64,000 nt of DNA from Octopus vulgaris (GCA_951406725.2 OX597816.1:143964001-144028000), one strand, 5' to 3'. Numbered from the stretch's first letter, positions 39,107 to 52,492 are shown. Made by a program: numbers and translations. The notes: generated from the sequence alone by a model not told the origin.

Positions 39107-40064
39107 CCCTGATGCAGTACCAGGCAGTGGTTCTCATGGCTTCTGATCTTAACTGATTTGAAGTGATATCATGTACATTGTTTTGTCTTGGTATAAAAGA
39201 TGGGCTACAGCAAATATTCTACTCAATACCTATTTCTTTACTACCCACAAGGGGCTAAACACAGAGAGGACAAACAAGGACGGACAAACGGATTAAGTCG
39301 ATTACATCGACCCCAATGCGTAACTGGTACTTAATTTATCGACCCCGAAAGGATGAAAGGCAAAGTCGACCTCGGCGGAATTTGAACCCAGAACGTAAAG
39401 ACAGACGAAATACCTATTTCTTTATTACCCACAAGGGGCTAAAGTCAGAGGGGACAAACAAGGACAGACATAGGTATTAAGTCGATTACATCGACCCCAG
39501 TGCGTAACTGGTACTTAATTTATCGACCCCGAAAGGATGAAAGGCAAAGTCGACCTCGGCGGAATTTGAACTCAGAACGTAACGACAGACGAAATACCGC
39601 TAAGCATTTAGCCCGGCGTGCTAACGATTCTGCCGGCTCGCCGAATACCACAGATTTGCTTGTCAGTTGTTTGACCTTCACCAGTTGAGCATGTCCCTTA
39701 GTGGTTGGCGATATGTGCATCTCTGAGCACGAGCAGTAGTAGTGGGAGAGCATCATAGCCATGTGTTGAGAGGTAGTCTTTGGGATTTGAATAATTCGCC
39801 TTTTGAAACATGGGTGTTTCGTTCAACATCCTTATTCAGGGACCTTTTAAGTGGGACGGGCTACCTAACCTGAAGAAAATTCTAACTGGGCCCCACCTGC
39901 AAGGTCATGCTCTGTTAATCTTGATGAGATCACCATGTCGCGCACATATGATTGTGATGCATGTGCCTAGTATACCCTTATCAGACGGGTAGTCATGACG
40001 GGTATACTGGGCTTCGTATATTTTACCCGTGTCACTTTGATGGCATGCACTACTCTCTCACTCA
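39107..40064. mobile_element. Unclassified ~550-bp interspersed repeat in trinucleotide tracts, interrupted by a SINE dimer
   Basis: Left end repeated at 10633-10701; right part repeated at 40316-40573; both right ends CTCTCTCACTC run into (AAT)n. Confidence 0.7.
39231..39642 (-). mobile_element. Head-to-tail dimer of SINE family A
   Basis: Copies at 39231-39415 and 39416-39642; AATACC on both flanks (39225-39230, 39643-39648) is a candidate TSD. Confidence 0.9.
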
Positions 40065-40077
40065 ATAATAATAATAA

Positions 40078-40292
40078 TCCTTTCTATTATAGGCACAATG
40101 TCTGAACTTTGGGTGAGTGGGTTAGTCGATTACATCGGCCCCAGTGTTCCAGTCGTACTTATTTTATCGACTCCGAAAGGCTGAAAGGCAAAGTCGACCT
40201 CGGCGGAATTTAAACTCAGAGGGTAGCGACGGGCAAAACACCACTAAGCATTTTCACCCTGATTGCTAACTATTCTTCCGGCTCGCAGCCTT
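40078..40292 (-). mobile_element. SINE family A
   Basis: Shared core AAAGGCAAAGTCGACCTCGGCGGAATT. Confidence 0.85.
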
Positions 40293-40588
40293 AACAATAA
40301 CAGCAACAACAATAGCATGAGTGTTTCGTTCAACATCCTTAAACAACCCTTATTCAGGGACCTTTTGAACGGGATGGATTCCTCGACCTGAAGAAAAGTC
40401 TAACCGGGCCCCACCTGCAGGGTCATGCGCGGTTTATCTTCATATGAGATCATCATGTCACGCACATATGGTTGTGATGCATATGCCTGGTGTACCCTTA
40501 TCAGACAGGTATACTGGACTTCTTATATTTTGCCCCAGTGTCACTCTGATGGCATGCACTGCTCTCTCACTCAATAATGATGATGATG

Positions 40589-40648
<60 letters not shown>

Positions 40649-40849
40649 TGATCACCCTGCTCGTCTCTGAAGAGATGAGCAGAGTGCTACTGGAAAGCTG
40701 CACACGCTTGGAACTGCGCAGTATGCGCCTATCCTGATGAGTCAGAAACCAAGTTGTGACTTTGTTGCCAGGTCACGCCTCCACCACCCGAGCTCATCGA
40801 ACGTCTAATGCTTGAAAATCTATAAAATCTTTCCGGTTATTGGTAATTT

Positions 40850-42340
40850 TCCGATAAATCTTATGAATCTCCTGAAGACAGCTCTAGTCAGAAGCAGGTA
40901 CTCTGAACGCTGGTGACATTGATATAAACGGCGATATTTTTCAAGGTTATTATCACCAAGTTTCTTTGTCATAGCTCCCATTCACTAAGTAAGCTTTTAG
41001 ATGACACTAGTCATAGATACAGAATATACGACAGATCATTCAATCAACTCCTTTACATGAATGGTTTAAGGCTTTTTGCGAAAGGTGATTACCAACTAGT
41101 CATAGTGACGATACTAAAATGGAATTTGGCCTGATAAATATGCTAAAGCCACATTTTTTTAAAGGAAAGACTACCATAATCAAGGAAATAGATCCTGAAA
41201 AAAAACTACAGATATTTCAAGTACGTGTGGTGGCGAGGGTGTATGTGGGGGATGCTTTCATAGAGTTAGAATTTCCTAAACAGCGAACTTAATGCCATAA
41301 ACAATAGTGATACCATCAATATCGTGGTTGTGATCTGCAGCTTCTAAAATCATAAAATGGTTCATCAGTAAGAAAAGTAAAATTGATACAGAAATATTTA
41401 AGTTTCTCACAATGCGTCGCATGTATCACTCAAAGATAGATTCAAGTATAAAAATATCAAGAAACTAAATATGATATCAGAAGCAAAGAAATATGTAAAA
41501 TAATTAAAGATCGCCAGGACTGAGGCGCAACACGATGAAACAGAAGAATCTACCACGAAAGCAAACCAAGTAAAGCATATGCCAAATCAAATGGAATCCC
41601 AGAGCTGCATAACAGATGGGAAAGTTAAGCATTGCATAGTAAATACTCTACAAGGGCCAGTGGTCCTGTTGTTGATGTAATTATGGTCGGCCGCATTAAG
41701 TCACCGACAGTGGGGTTCGTTATAGCAGCTCAGGATCAGTGTCTACCCATCATCAAGCGAACATTCTTCAAAATGGTGCTGATCTTACCTGCCGCTTTTA
41801 TGGAACAACTGTAGAAATGACTGACCACCTACTCTCTGGATGTCGCATATCAGCCTCAACTGAGTATACTAATCGCCATAATAAAACTTGGTCAGTATTT
41901 GCACTGGGTCATATCCGTTGAGTTTGGATAACCAAATGAGAAGAACTGGTGGGAAAGTAGACCTGTCAAAAGTAGTAGAAAATAAAACACCATTGTTCTT
42001 TGAGATTTTAGTATTCAAACTGGTCGAGTTATTTAAATTGATTAAATATTGTGGTAAAAATAACACATTGATGAAACAGGTTTGCTCATAGATATGCCAA
42101 TCCAAGCAGGCTGCAACACCTGTGAAGGTAAGTAAATACAAGGACCTCTAAATAGGTCACAAAAATGCGACATATGAGATTGACAACTGTACCTGTAATT
42201 ATCAATGCTTTGAAGGTAATATCAAATGACTCTCTAAAATTCTATGATCAAATGCTAGGATACCCCCAAAGTATCAGAACTACAAAAAATTGTTCTCATG
42301 GATACTACCCACGTCTTAAGGAAAATAATGTCAACCTGAG
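40850..42340 (+). mobile_element. Decayed R4/Dong-like non-LTR retrotransposon
   Basis: NQLLYMNGL (YMDDL remnant), MEFG, GFVIAAQDQCLP, TCRFYGTTVEMTDHLLSGC..EYTNRHN, TTVPVIINAL. Confidence 0.78.
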
Positions 42341-42377
42341 AATATCTGAACTTTTTAAAATCTCAAGTATTACAACA

Positions 42378-42593
42378 AAGGAGAAAAACAATTGGTTTTA
42401 AATCTCTGAGCGAGAAATAAGTAGTAACAGTACTACAGAGTAAAGTTTATTTGCCAACGTAAAGTGGCTGTCCTGATTAGTAACAGCGTCCTAATCAGGA
42501 CTGCCATTTTACGTTGGCAAATAGACTTTACTCTGTAGTACTGTTACTACATATTTCTTGCTCAGAGATTTAAAACTAATTGTTTTTCTCCTT
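42378..42593. repeat. 103-bp-arm inverted repeat with a 10-nt loop
   Basis: Arms 42378-42480 and 42491-42593; 6 mismatches counted by eye. Confidence 0.95.
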
Positions 42594-43577
42594 ACGAGAT
42601 CAGTGACTGTGTCACTTTAAAACTATATACGTCGAGCAGGGCCAAGTGCTGCTTTTCTAGCCAAGGTTATCTTGTGCCGGTGAAGAGAACTAGCCCAGAA
42701 ACCATTGGTCTGTAGGTACTGTTTAAGGCTGAGTGGGAACATTAGCTCCCTTGTTCGAGGTGTAAGGACGCAATCGTGCGTCGGTAGCCAGCTGGAAAAG
42801 ACATTTTTCTGAGGCTGAAAAAGGTAGTAATACCGTCCTAATCACTTTAAGATGGCAAATAGACTTTATTACAACAAACTTTTAACGGAATCGTAATTCT
42901 TAGCATTTGGTCTTCTTTCCCTGAAATATTTCGTTGCTATTCTAAAATAACAAACAGTAAAACGTGTAACTTGCTGTTTCTTGAGGTCTCTGGGTGAAAC
43001 TTGGAACAAAACGATGCGACACAAACAAAAGAATATTAATAATAATAATTCTTTCTACCATAGACACAATAACTGAAATTTGGGAGAGGAGGTTTATTCG
43101 CTTATATCAACCCTAGTACTTGACTGGTGCTTTATTTTATACCCCTGCTGGAAGGATGAAAGATAAATTTGATTACGTCGAGAACTCAGAACATTAAAAA
43201 AACCGGCATAAATACAGGACATTTTTTCAATGATTTTTACCAACCCACCGCCCCTAACTATTTATCAGCTTTGAGAGATAATAGCACCCTCGGAGGTGTG
43301 AAAGATACTGAGAACGTTAAAAGACTGATGAAATATCGTAAAACTTTTTTTTCCAACTCTATTGATCCTACCAGCTCACCGCCAATTCTTTAATAGTTTC
43401 TGATTTAGGTACAAGGCCAACAATTTTAAGAGGGATTGGAATAGTCGAGACCGTCTACCTCTGGTATTTGACTTGTACTTTATTTAACAACTCCGAAAAG
43501 TATAAATGCTAAGTGACTCGTGCGGATTTTGAACTCATGCGTAAAGTATCGTTAGAACTATTATTGATACTATTATT

Positions 43578-43901
43578 AAAGACTCCGCCGGTTACGACGA
43601 CGAGGGTCCCAGCTGATACGATCAACGGAACAGCTTGCTCGTGAAATTAACGTGCAAATGGCTGAGCATTCCACAGACACGTGTACCCTTAACGTAGTTC
43701 TCGGGGATAATCAGCGTGACACAGAGAGTGACAAGGCTGACCCTTTGAAATACAAGTACAACTCATTTTTGCCAGCTGAGTGGACTGGAGCAACGTGAAA
43801 TAAAGTGTCTTGCTCAAGGACACAACGCTTCGCCGGGAATCGAACTCACAACCTTACGATCATGAGCCGAATGCCCTAACCACTAAGCCACGCGCCCTCA
43901 C
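43578..43901 (-). mobile_element. SINE family C, full length (tRNA head plus CORE-like TCCTTGAGCAAGACACTT)
   Basis: A box TGGCTTAGTGG, B box GAGTTCGATTCC; 13-bp TSD ATTGATACTATTA at 43563-43575 and 43902-43914. Confidence 0.92.
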
Positions 43902-44968
43902 ATTGATACTATTAAGGACGCTTAATAGTATCAATAATAGTTCTTTCTACAATAGGTAGGCACAAAATCTGAAATTTTGAGGGGAAGGCAAGTAATCAAT
44001 ACTTAACTGTTAAGCAAAGCTTACTTGGGTGGGATCTGAACCCATGACGTAGAGCTGGACTTATCCGAATAATTTTTTTAATTAGTCGTTAAGCCTAACC
44101 TACACATACAATTAAAACGTTGGTGCATGAGTGTTACAAAAACGATTAGGGAGTGACAAGACAAAGTTATATAAATGACGTTTATACAATAAGTAAATTG
44201 AAATTTTGATAACGAGTAGATGAAAGAAAATAGAATAAATATTAAATTATATATAAAAAACATTAATTAAAACAGGATATAATTTGAACAGTGGAAACAC
44301 AAATTGCCTTACCCACCCACATGTGAGTGAGAATTCATTAGTTAGGTCAGATCAGAACATTCCACAGCTTTACCCATCTACCATTCATTATTTTTAAATT
44401 AAGTATATACAAAGGTCTCCTTACAGTTTTTTCTTTTGCGTTTGTCATGCTAAAACCCATCCAACGATCCCTGAGTGTTACCAGTGATTATTCTATATTT
44501 GTGTGCGCTTCAATAGCTTGTCTCTCCTGTATACCGGCCCTATTTTTTTCTCCTTATACAGTACATTTTCATCTTTATCGGTTTTATAGGGGACCAAGCA
44601 CTGCTATAAGGGACATGTTGTTTCTCAATCTCACAACTGTGAACTTCATTATACACCTGTGGCGTAGGGCTCTTTTCGTGTTTTACAAACCTCGGTTACT
44701 CCCATCAATCTCGTTTCCTTCTTTTTTCTCTCTTTAAGCTACTGCCTGCGATTTCTCTTTCAGTATTCGTGCGATCGAAATCGTCACCAGTGAAAGAATA
44801 GTATTCCTAGTAAGAGGAGCTTCAGCACCAACCGCTTCTTGGGTTCAGAAGGATGTAATTTCCTTCATTTCTGAAAATTCGACATGCAGTACTAAGAACA
44901 ATAATCTCTGACACCTGATGTTGTTGATAATTTGATGTTGTTCACTGCTCTTTCTTTCTTTCCTTATT

Positions 44969-45015
<47 letters not shown>

Positions 45016-46384
45016 CCGCTCTTCGGGGAAGAAAGACTTCAATCAGCTTTTGCTACCTAACATATAATAGCTACATTCAATGGCGTTGCTCTGTATCACA
45101 AGTTTCATTGTAATGTATTTCGGAATCCACTATGGAGTACAGTTCTAGAATCGTCTTGAGAGGTCACATGAACATGTAAACCTAAACAAACTTCCACTAG
45201 CTACACAAAGTTCCTTTTCACTTCAGCACTTACTATCCGCCCAAATTGTATTACGACGATGACAATGACCGAAGGGTTGCTGTCCCTATCTATGCCTTTG
45301 ACTGTCAATCGAGTATCTCACTATCTCTATTTGTCGTTTTGTTTCGCCTTCAGTCCTAAGAAGCAGGCAGACACTACTATATGCTTTGCCCACGCGTCAG
45401 ACAGATCCTCCATATATTTGTCTATAGAGGGCATACAAAAGATCTCCTTTTCACGAGACCGAGATATGTCCCTTTTTTTTTACCAGTTTTGAACGAATTC
45501 TTCGCGTAAGGATCAGACTCCCTCGTAACACAACCCTGCTACACTTGTCTTTCCAAATGAACCTTGTAGATATCAATGATTTTCTTATTTGCATAACTGT
45601 GTATTGTATTGTTGTTACTGCTGTTATTATTGTTAAAAGAGCCTTCAAAATTACTCTTATTCGTAATAAACGTCACAAAAATCTCCATTTTTTTTTTTGC
45701 TTCTAAATGTTGTTCTTTTTTTTCTGTATTTTTGTTCATTGTTTTTTTTCATTTTCGTTTTTGCTTTCTGTGCAGCTGTCAAGGCTTTTGTTTGTTTGGC
45801 GGGCGTTTCTTGCCGACATTTTGCGTTGAATGTCAGATTATGAAAAAAAAGTTTAAAAAGACATTTTTTTCCACCCGAATGTGGGCGAAAAAACTGCTTC
45901 TATTCCTTGAATCAATCCGTTCGAAATGACTCTGAAAAATGTCGTTAAATTAATATTTTTAATCATCGAAAAAATTAACCCTGATATGTAAAGCACATCT
46001 CCTCAAGATAAAATCCAAGGGAGCAGAGTAATCGATATCACCGAGCCCAATACTAGACTGGGTCTTTATTTTATTGACGGGATTCAAACTCAAAATGTAA
46101 AGAGCAGAAAGAACATCGCAAGGTATTTTTTCTTCGCTCGAATAATTCTGCCTGATTACCATCTATAAAGATTTCAAATTTTAGCACAATTTCAGTAGTT
46201 TTGAAAGAAGATTACTCGATACCATCGACCTCGGCATGTAATTGGTACTTTACTTCATTGACCCAGAACAGATAAAAGTCAAATTGATTTCGGCAGGATT
46301 GAAATCAGAACGTAAAGAGCCGAGAAAAATACCAAAATACATTTTGTCCTTTTCTCTAACGATTCTACAATATGCAGTCCAAGT

Positions 46385-47340
46385 AACAATAACAACAAAA
46401 GTTTCTTTATTATTGTATGAAGGATACTGGATGAGGAGATATTACAGAACAGATATCAAAAAATGTTTGCATAGAAACCGCACATACATGATGTATGTAG
46501 TTTATGACAGAATCCTCAGCGGAGAGGACCGTCACCAGGAATCAATCAAAGAACGTTACAGATTTAGGATTACACTAACTACCTGTATTTCACGGTTCGC
46601 AGATGCATGCTAAGTGTAGACCCATTCGCGCTGATAATTCTCACTATTCTCTCCTTTCAACAAATTCCATATAAAGCAGCATCTTTCCACTTTCACCTTC
46701 CTGTCGGGGGACATGAGTATCAATTTGATACGATGTTTCCGTATCGACAGAGTTTATTTGGAGTCGGCAATGGTAATTGGTGCTGCAGCGAGGCCGTGGA
46801 CTTTTGAAATTCTCCGGAATACATCGTTCCGTTAATCTTCTACGATGTCTAGAGTCTCTCGAAAACTTCTTTACTCTTGCTCACCGCTAACCCATTACAG
46901 AATACAGGAGTTGACTGAACACCAGCCGTGATTTCCGACTGAAAGAGTGTGGGCCCGGCAATACTCCAGATGCCAGGGACCAAATATTGTTCACCGCTGG
47001 ACAGTGTCTAAAATTCCAAGAAAGAGATGAACTACCGTAAAACGTGCCTGACAAATGGTGGCCGCATCTCACTGTCCAACAATTTCTACAAATACTGCAG
47101 TCTCAGTACATGTTCAATATACACACAGCAAAATGAACAACCCATGCAGAGTATGTTAGCAGTAGATAGACCTTCTGACCAAGCAAACTCATCTCTTCAA
47201 CAAAAAAGGGAACGAGTAAACCCTTTAGCCTGGTCAGATAAAGATTTTGGCCTGACATAGCGGTCTGATAGTAATATATAATGGATGCGATGTGTTTATT
47301 GCTCCTGTCTAACCTTTAAGAGATTGTTTTCTGCCGGCCC
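46385..47340 (-). mobile_element. Decayed L1/Tx1-type 3' fragment
   Basis: Minus-strand RCG...FRHCPAVNNIW knuckle remnant; AATAAAGAAAC plus trinucleotide tail resembling the end at ~590. Confidence 0.5.
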
Positions 47341-48149
47341 GTTTGAGTAACAGTAACCACTCAACTCGTAACCTTGTCCGAATTCTTATCCACAATAATA
47401 ATCTTTTCTACTATAGGTACAAGGCTTGAAATTTTATGAGAAGGGCGCTAGTCGATTACATCGATCCCAGTGATCAGCTAGTGCTTATTTTATCGATCCT
47501 GAAAGGATGAAAAGTAGACCTTTAGGTCTTCTTGAAAACCATTACCTCTCATAACCTCAATATATATACGGCAGCCTTCCACACAGTTTCCGTTTACCAA
47601 ATCCAATCACAAAGCATTGGGTAACCAGGGGCTGTTGCGAAAGATGAAGCGCATGAGACTAAACCTGAGACCACCAGGTTTTAAAGCGAGTTTCTTAACG
47701 ACACAGCTACGCCTAAAGCTGGATATTTGTATGTTGCATTGACAGACGCAGGCGGAAATGTATGGTTAGGAAGTTAGCTTCACAGCCACGTGCTTCCGGG
47801 TTCGACCACACTGCCAAGCGCTTTAGTCATGCGTTTACTATATGAGTCATAAGTGGACCAGTAATTTGTGAGTGGAATTTGGTTGGCGGAAACTGTGCGG
47901 AAGTCCCTCATATACGTAGCTTATGCGTGTGGGAGTATAAATATGTGTGCATGTATGAATGCACGTATGTGAGCGTCCGTGCGCGTGTGAAACTTGTGTT
48001 ATGCCATAATGTGTAACTGAGCGACTCGATAAAGTACAAGACTGAAATGAGTTGTGGAGACGATATCGTCATTTAAAACATTTTGCGATCTGTGCTCCAG
48101 CATGGACAGTGTCGAATAAGATAAATTAGCAAATGGATAAATGATCTTT

Positions 48150-48438
48150 CATTCTTTCAGTCATTTGACTGCAGCCATACTGGAGCACTGCTTCGAAGGA
48201 TTTTAGTCGAACAGCTCGACCCCTAGTACTCATTCTGTCGTTCTCTTTTGCCGAAACGCTAAGTTACGGGAACGTAAATACACCAACACTAGCGATGAGG
48301 AGACAAACACAGACACACACTCAAACACAGATACACACACACACAAATGCACACGAACACACAACGAAAATAAAATATTGAAAAAATAAATGTATTTGAC
48401 CAAATTTGAACATACGACAGTTTAACATAATAGCAACG

Positions 48439-48489
<51 letters not shown>

Positions 48490-48603
48490 CATGACGGGTT
48501 TCTTTCAGTTTCCATCTACCAAATCCACTCACAAGGCTACGGTCGGTCTGAGTTTACAGTAGAAGACATTTACCTCAAGGTACGACACAGCCATGCCTGC
48601 GCC
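48150..48603 (-). mobile_element. SINE family B (internally deleted) with a MITE end in its microsatellite
   Basis: Colinear with 1-371; 48367-48438 matches the right end of 49410-49655. Confidence 0.8.
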
Positions 48604-48613
48604 TCTATATCTA

Positions 48614-48739
<126 letters not shown>

Positions 48740-48769
48740 CATATATATGATCATTTTAGTAACTTCTAT

Positions 48770-49085
48770 GCTGAAGTAGAGACATGTTCTTTGTCTATAT
48801 CCTTAACTTCTTGGAAATTTGAGGTATAATTATAATAATGTGTCCATCTGTTCTAATTTAATTAAATTCTATCTTTATGCAGTTCATGATTGCTCTGCAT
48901 TTTAAATTGATATAATGATTTCATTGTTCAATTAAATGGAGTTGCATGAAACGATCGTACTGCATTACCTCTGGATATCCTTGTTACTTATTTTGATTTT
49001 AATCGCCATACTTTGAAATTGTATTATGGATAATACCGTACTAAATTCTGGTGCCTCAACTTAAGTACCATATTCATCTGAATCT
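48770..49085 (+). mobile_element. PLE-type terminal repeat with a core-mutated HHR (48877-48965)
   Basis: Homologous to 5501-6022; ATGCAG-TTCATGA-...-GAAACGATCGTA-CTGCAT. Confidence 0.65.
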
Positions 49086-49350
49086 AAATTTTTGCTGAAA
49101 TCATCTACCATACCCAAATTATATATGCATAGTTGAAATTTACAGAAAAACAAAAGACGAAGATAGGTGCATAAACAACAAACAGGTGCATTAGTTTAAC
49201 GCTCGAGAATGTGAGAAAGTCTTTTGCGTTTCGGGCCTACGTTCTTCAAATGAAAGGAACACGAGGGAATAAAGAGAGAGAGAATTTTAAAAAGACCAGC
49301 TTTAGGAGCTAGCGGTCAGTCATTCATTTTTTTCTCTTAATTTAATATAG

Positions 49351-49409
<59 letters not shown>

Positions 49410-49411
<2 letters not shown>

Positions 49412-49655
49412 TTGCTATTATGCAAAAGTGTCATAAGTCCAAAATATTTCTCTTTCAGAGAACGAAAAAAAATTTCACCATTCCATAGCAAAACCGTTGT
49501 ACTACACTTTCACAATTTTTGATATATTGGCATCTAAAGCAGCTGGATATACGATAGTTTGAACAAAAGAACCGGCTGTGGCAAGCAAAAATAAATATTG
49601 AAAAAAACGCATTTGACCAAATTTGAACATACGACAGTTTAACATAATAACAACG
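49410..49655. mobile_element. MITE-like element inside (TA)n
   Basis: Imperfect ~35-bp TIRs CGTTGCTATTATGCAAAAGTGTCATAAG / CATACGACAGTTTAACATAATAACAACG; TA repeats on both sides. Confidence 0.65.
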
Positions 49656-49667
49656 ATATATATATAT

Positions 49668-49971
49668 AGTTGAAATTTACTGAAAAACATAAGATGAAGA
49701 CAGGTGTATGAACAACAAGCAGGTGTATTAGTTTGATGCTCGGGAAAGTGAGAAGCTATTTTACATTTCGAGACTACGCCCTTTAACAGACAGGAGTAAG
49801 AGAAAATAGACAGAGAGAGAATAAAAAATCTTGTGGATTTAGCGATCAAGCATGGCAACTGGTTGGAAAAAATGGTTTGACAGGAGAGGTAGAAAGAAGG
49901 AGAGATAATAAAATATTGGCGATCCGAAAACGAAGGTGCGCGTGTGTATGTGTGTATGTGAGACTGTGTGT

Positions 49972-50011
<40 letters not shown>

Positions 50012-50633
50012 GGATAGGGGTTAGGGACTTTGGCATATGTGGATATGTGCGTGTGTAAGTATGTGCGTTCGTAATGTGTGGGTGTGTGGAAAATGCTATG
50101 TGGGTGTGCGGGCGGATGATGGAGTGTGGCGAAGGTGCTGGGAAGTGGTCAGTGCTAGTGTATGGAGTGGTGTGGAGTGTGTCATGTGGTGTGGTGTGTC
50201 TGTGGTGTGTCTGTGACGGGGTTTGGGGTGTAGTGGGCGAACGGGGATGTGGCTGTAGGATTGTGGGGTGTGGGGATGTGGCTGTGGAGATATGAGTGTG
50301 ATGTGGGGATGAAGATGTGGGAATAAGGGGGAGTATATGGGAGTGGGGTGGGGGGTGCGTGGAGGTGGTATCAATGAAGAGAGAATGTAGGTAGGAGTGA
50401 AGGGAGGAAGTAGGTATCGGATGAAGAGAGGAGGGGATTTGAGCCCATGTGGAGCAATGGAGCGAAGAGAGATTAACGGCGAACACAGACAGGTGTCGTA
50501 GTGAATGATCAGTAGAGCGGAAATGGCGCGAGACCGGGGTGTCATTGGTGAGTCTGATGTCTCGGAAGTGCCCGCAAACCGATCAGCCAAGCGTTTGACC
50601 GATGTACAGAGGAGGGTAGAAAGAGCAACAAAT

Positions 50634-50640
<7 letters not shown>
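49668..50640 (-). mobile_element. Penelope-like 3' fragment with a GIY-YIG remnant
   Basis: Minus strand, across frameshifts: CICCSFYPPLYIGQT / RLADRFA / HFRDIRLTNDTPVSRHF. Both ends in (TA)n. Confidence 0.82.
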
Positions 50641-50689
<49 letters not shown>

Positions 50690-51714
50690 GTGCAGATTTG
50701 TATCGATAACCAGTTGGAGGATGCTCTTCCTGGAGTTAAAAGCTGTATTAACGTCGGTTCCTTCGGAACAGCCATACATATTGTGATAAACATTACTTGT
50801 TAGTTTCAAATCTATTTAACTGCTGATTTTTCGGTAATCGGAAGTTTCGACTAATGAGTGGTAATCTCTATTGGTTTCTATTGGCTGGTGGAAACCGTTT
50901 ATTATATCGACTTCAGGACATTACTTTTACTTAATTTTTTGTTGACCCTCGAAGAATGAAAAAGTAGGTCTCGGCAGGATTTAAACTATAGACGTAAAAG
51001 ACTGTAAATAAATGCTGCATTATAGCTGAATTTATAGTTCATTTATACAACCATAACTGAAAAATCCTCTTTGATGTCAATAATTTAAAATAAGGAAAGG
51101 ACCGGGTGCTTTCAGACAGTTGAAACATTTAAAACAGCCGACCATATGTCGTTCAAAGAAAAAAAACAAAAAAAGAAAAAAAAAACCACAAAAATAAAGC
51201 AACTTTTCTCCTTTAAATCTGAATCCCTTCCCCCAATGCAGTACAGTTGTAGGAGAAATCAATGACTTGGAATTTAAGACTTCCTGCCAATATGGAAAAA
51301 TAAACTAATTGAGATTTCTGGTTAACTCAAATAACCAAAATATCAAGACTTCCGGTTTAATGAAACAACTGGGCTAAAAGAAGCCGTTTCTTTAACAAGC
51401 TTCGAGTGAAGGGAAATATTCGCCTTAAATATTTGAGGAAATAATTAAGAGCAGCATTTCAATTTAAAGTGTGCAACGAAGGAAAAGAGGAGTTTTATAC
51501 GACTGGTCGATAAAAATAGTACAAGCATGTATAATAAATACTGGCTAAGTTAGTAGTAAATTAGTATTGGTATTTTTAATGTACTCAGCATGAAAATAAA
51601 ATCTAAATTCAATTATAAATTCTTATGTGGTGAGAAAACAAAATGAGTAACATTATTCTAACCATTTGGGCAAATACATACAACTTCAGATATATCTATT
51701 TAAACATTTTTTTA

Positions 51715-52066
51715 CTGGTTTCAGTCACCAGAGTGCGACCATGCTGGGGCATCGCCTCGAGGAATTTTAGTCGAACGTATCGACCCCTTATTTTTTTATT
51801 TTAAGCTTGGTACTTGTATTTAATGGTATCGGACTCTTTTTTTCCCGCAGCTAAATTACGGGAATGTAAACACACGTACCCCGTTTGTCAAGCGGTGGTG
51901 GAAAACAAACACAGACACAAAAACACATAGACATACATTTACATATATTCCACTGGCGGTGCCCCAGTATGGCCACACCCTTAGAGCTGAAACGTATCAA
52001 ACATACATATATGTGTATATATATATATATAAAAGAATATATATATATATATCAAACATACATATA

Positions 52067-52107
<41 letters not shown>

Positions 52108-52257
52108 CTAGATAGATAGATATGTATCTATACGTATATATATAGGTATATATACATATATGTATATATATATGTGTGTGTGTGTGTGTATGTATATATA
52201 TATATGTATGTATATATATATGTATATATATGTATATATATATATATATGTGTGTGT

Positions 52258-52331
<74 letters not shown>

Positions 52332-52492
52332 TATGCACTAACGGCTACTTTCAGTGTCCTAACCAAGTTCACTCATAATGCATTTGTTGGCCCGAGGCTA
52401 TTGTGAAAGACACACTTACCCAAGGTGTCATGCAGTTGAACTGAACCCAGAACCATGCGATTGGGAATCAAACTTTTTACCACAGAGTCACG
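51715..52492 (-). mobile_element. SINE family B with an expanded internal TA/TG microsatellite
   Basis: Tail 51715-51930 and head 52340-52492; an isolated SINE 3' tail lies on + at ~51953-51995. Confidence 0.8.

Noticed and set aside
44420-45900. Possible L1/Tx1 endonuclease region or gene promoter (TTGGCGGG)
   Set aside because: No unambiguous motif could be read; left unannotated.
49839-50486. His/Pro/Thr-rich 215-aa ORF
   Set aside because: GT-rich low-complexity 3' region of the PLE fragment.
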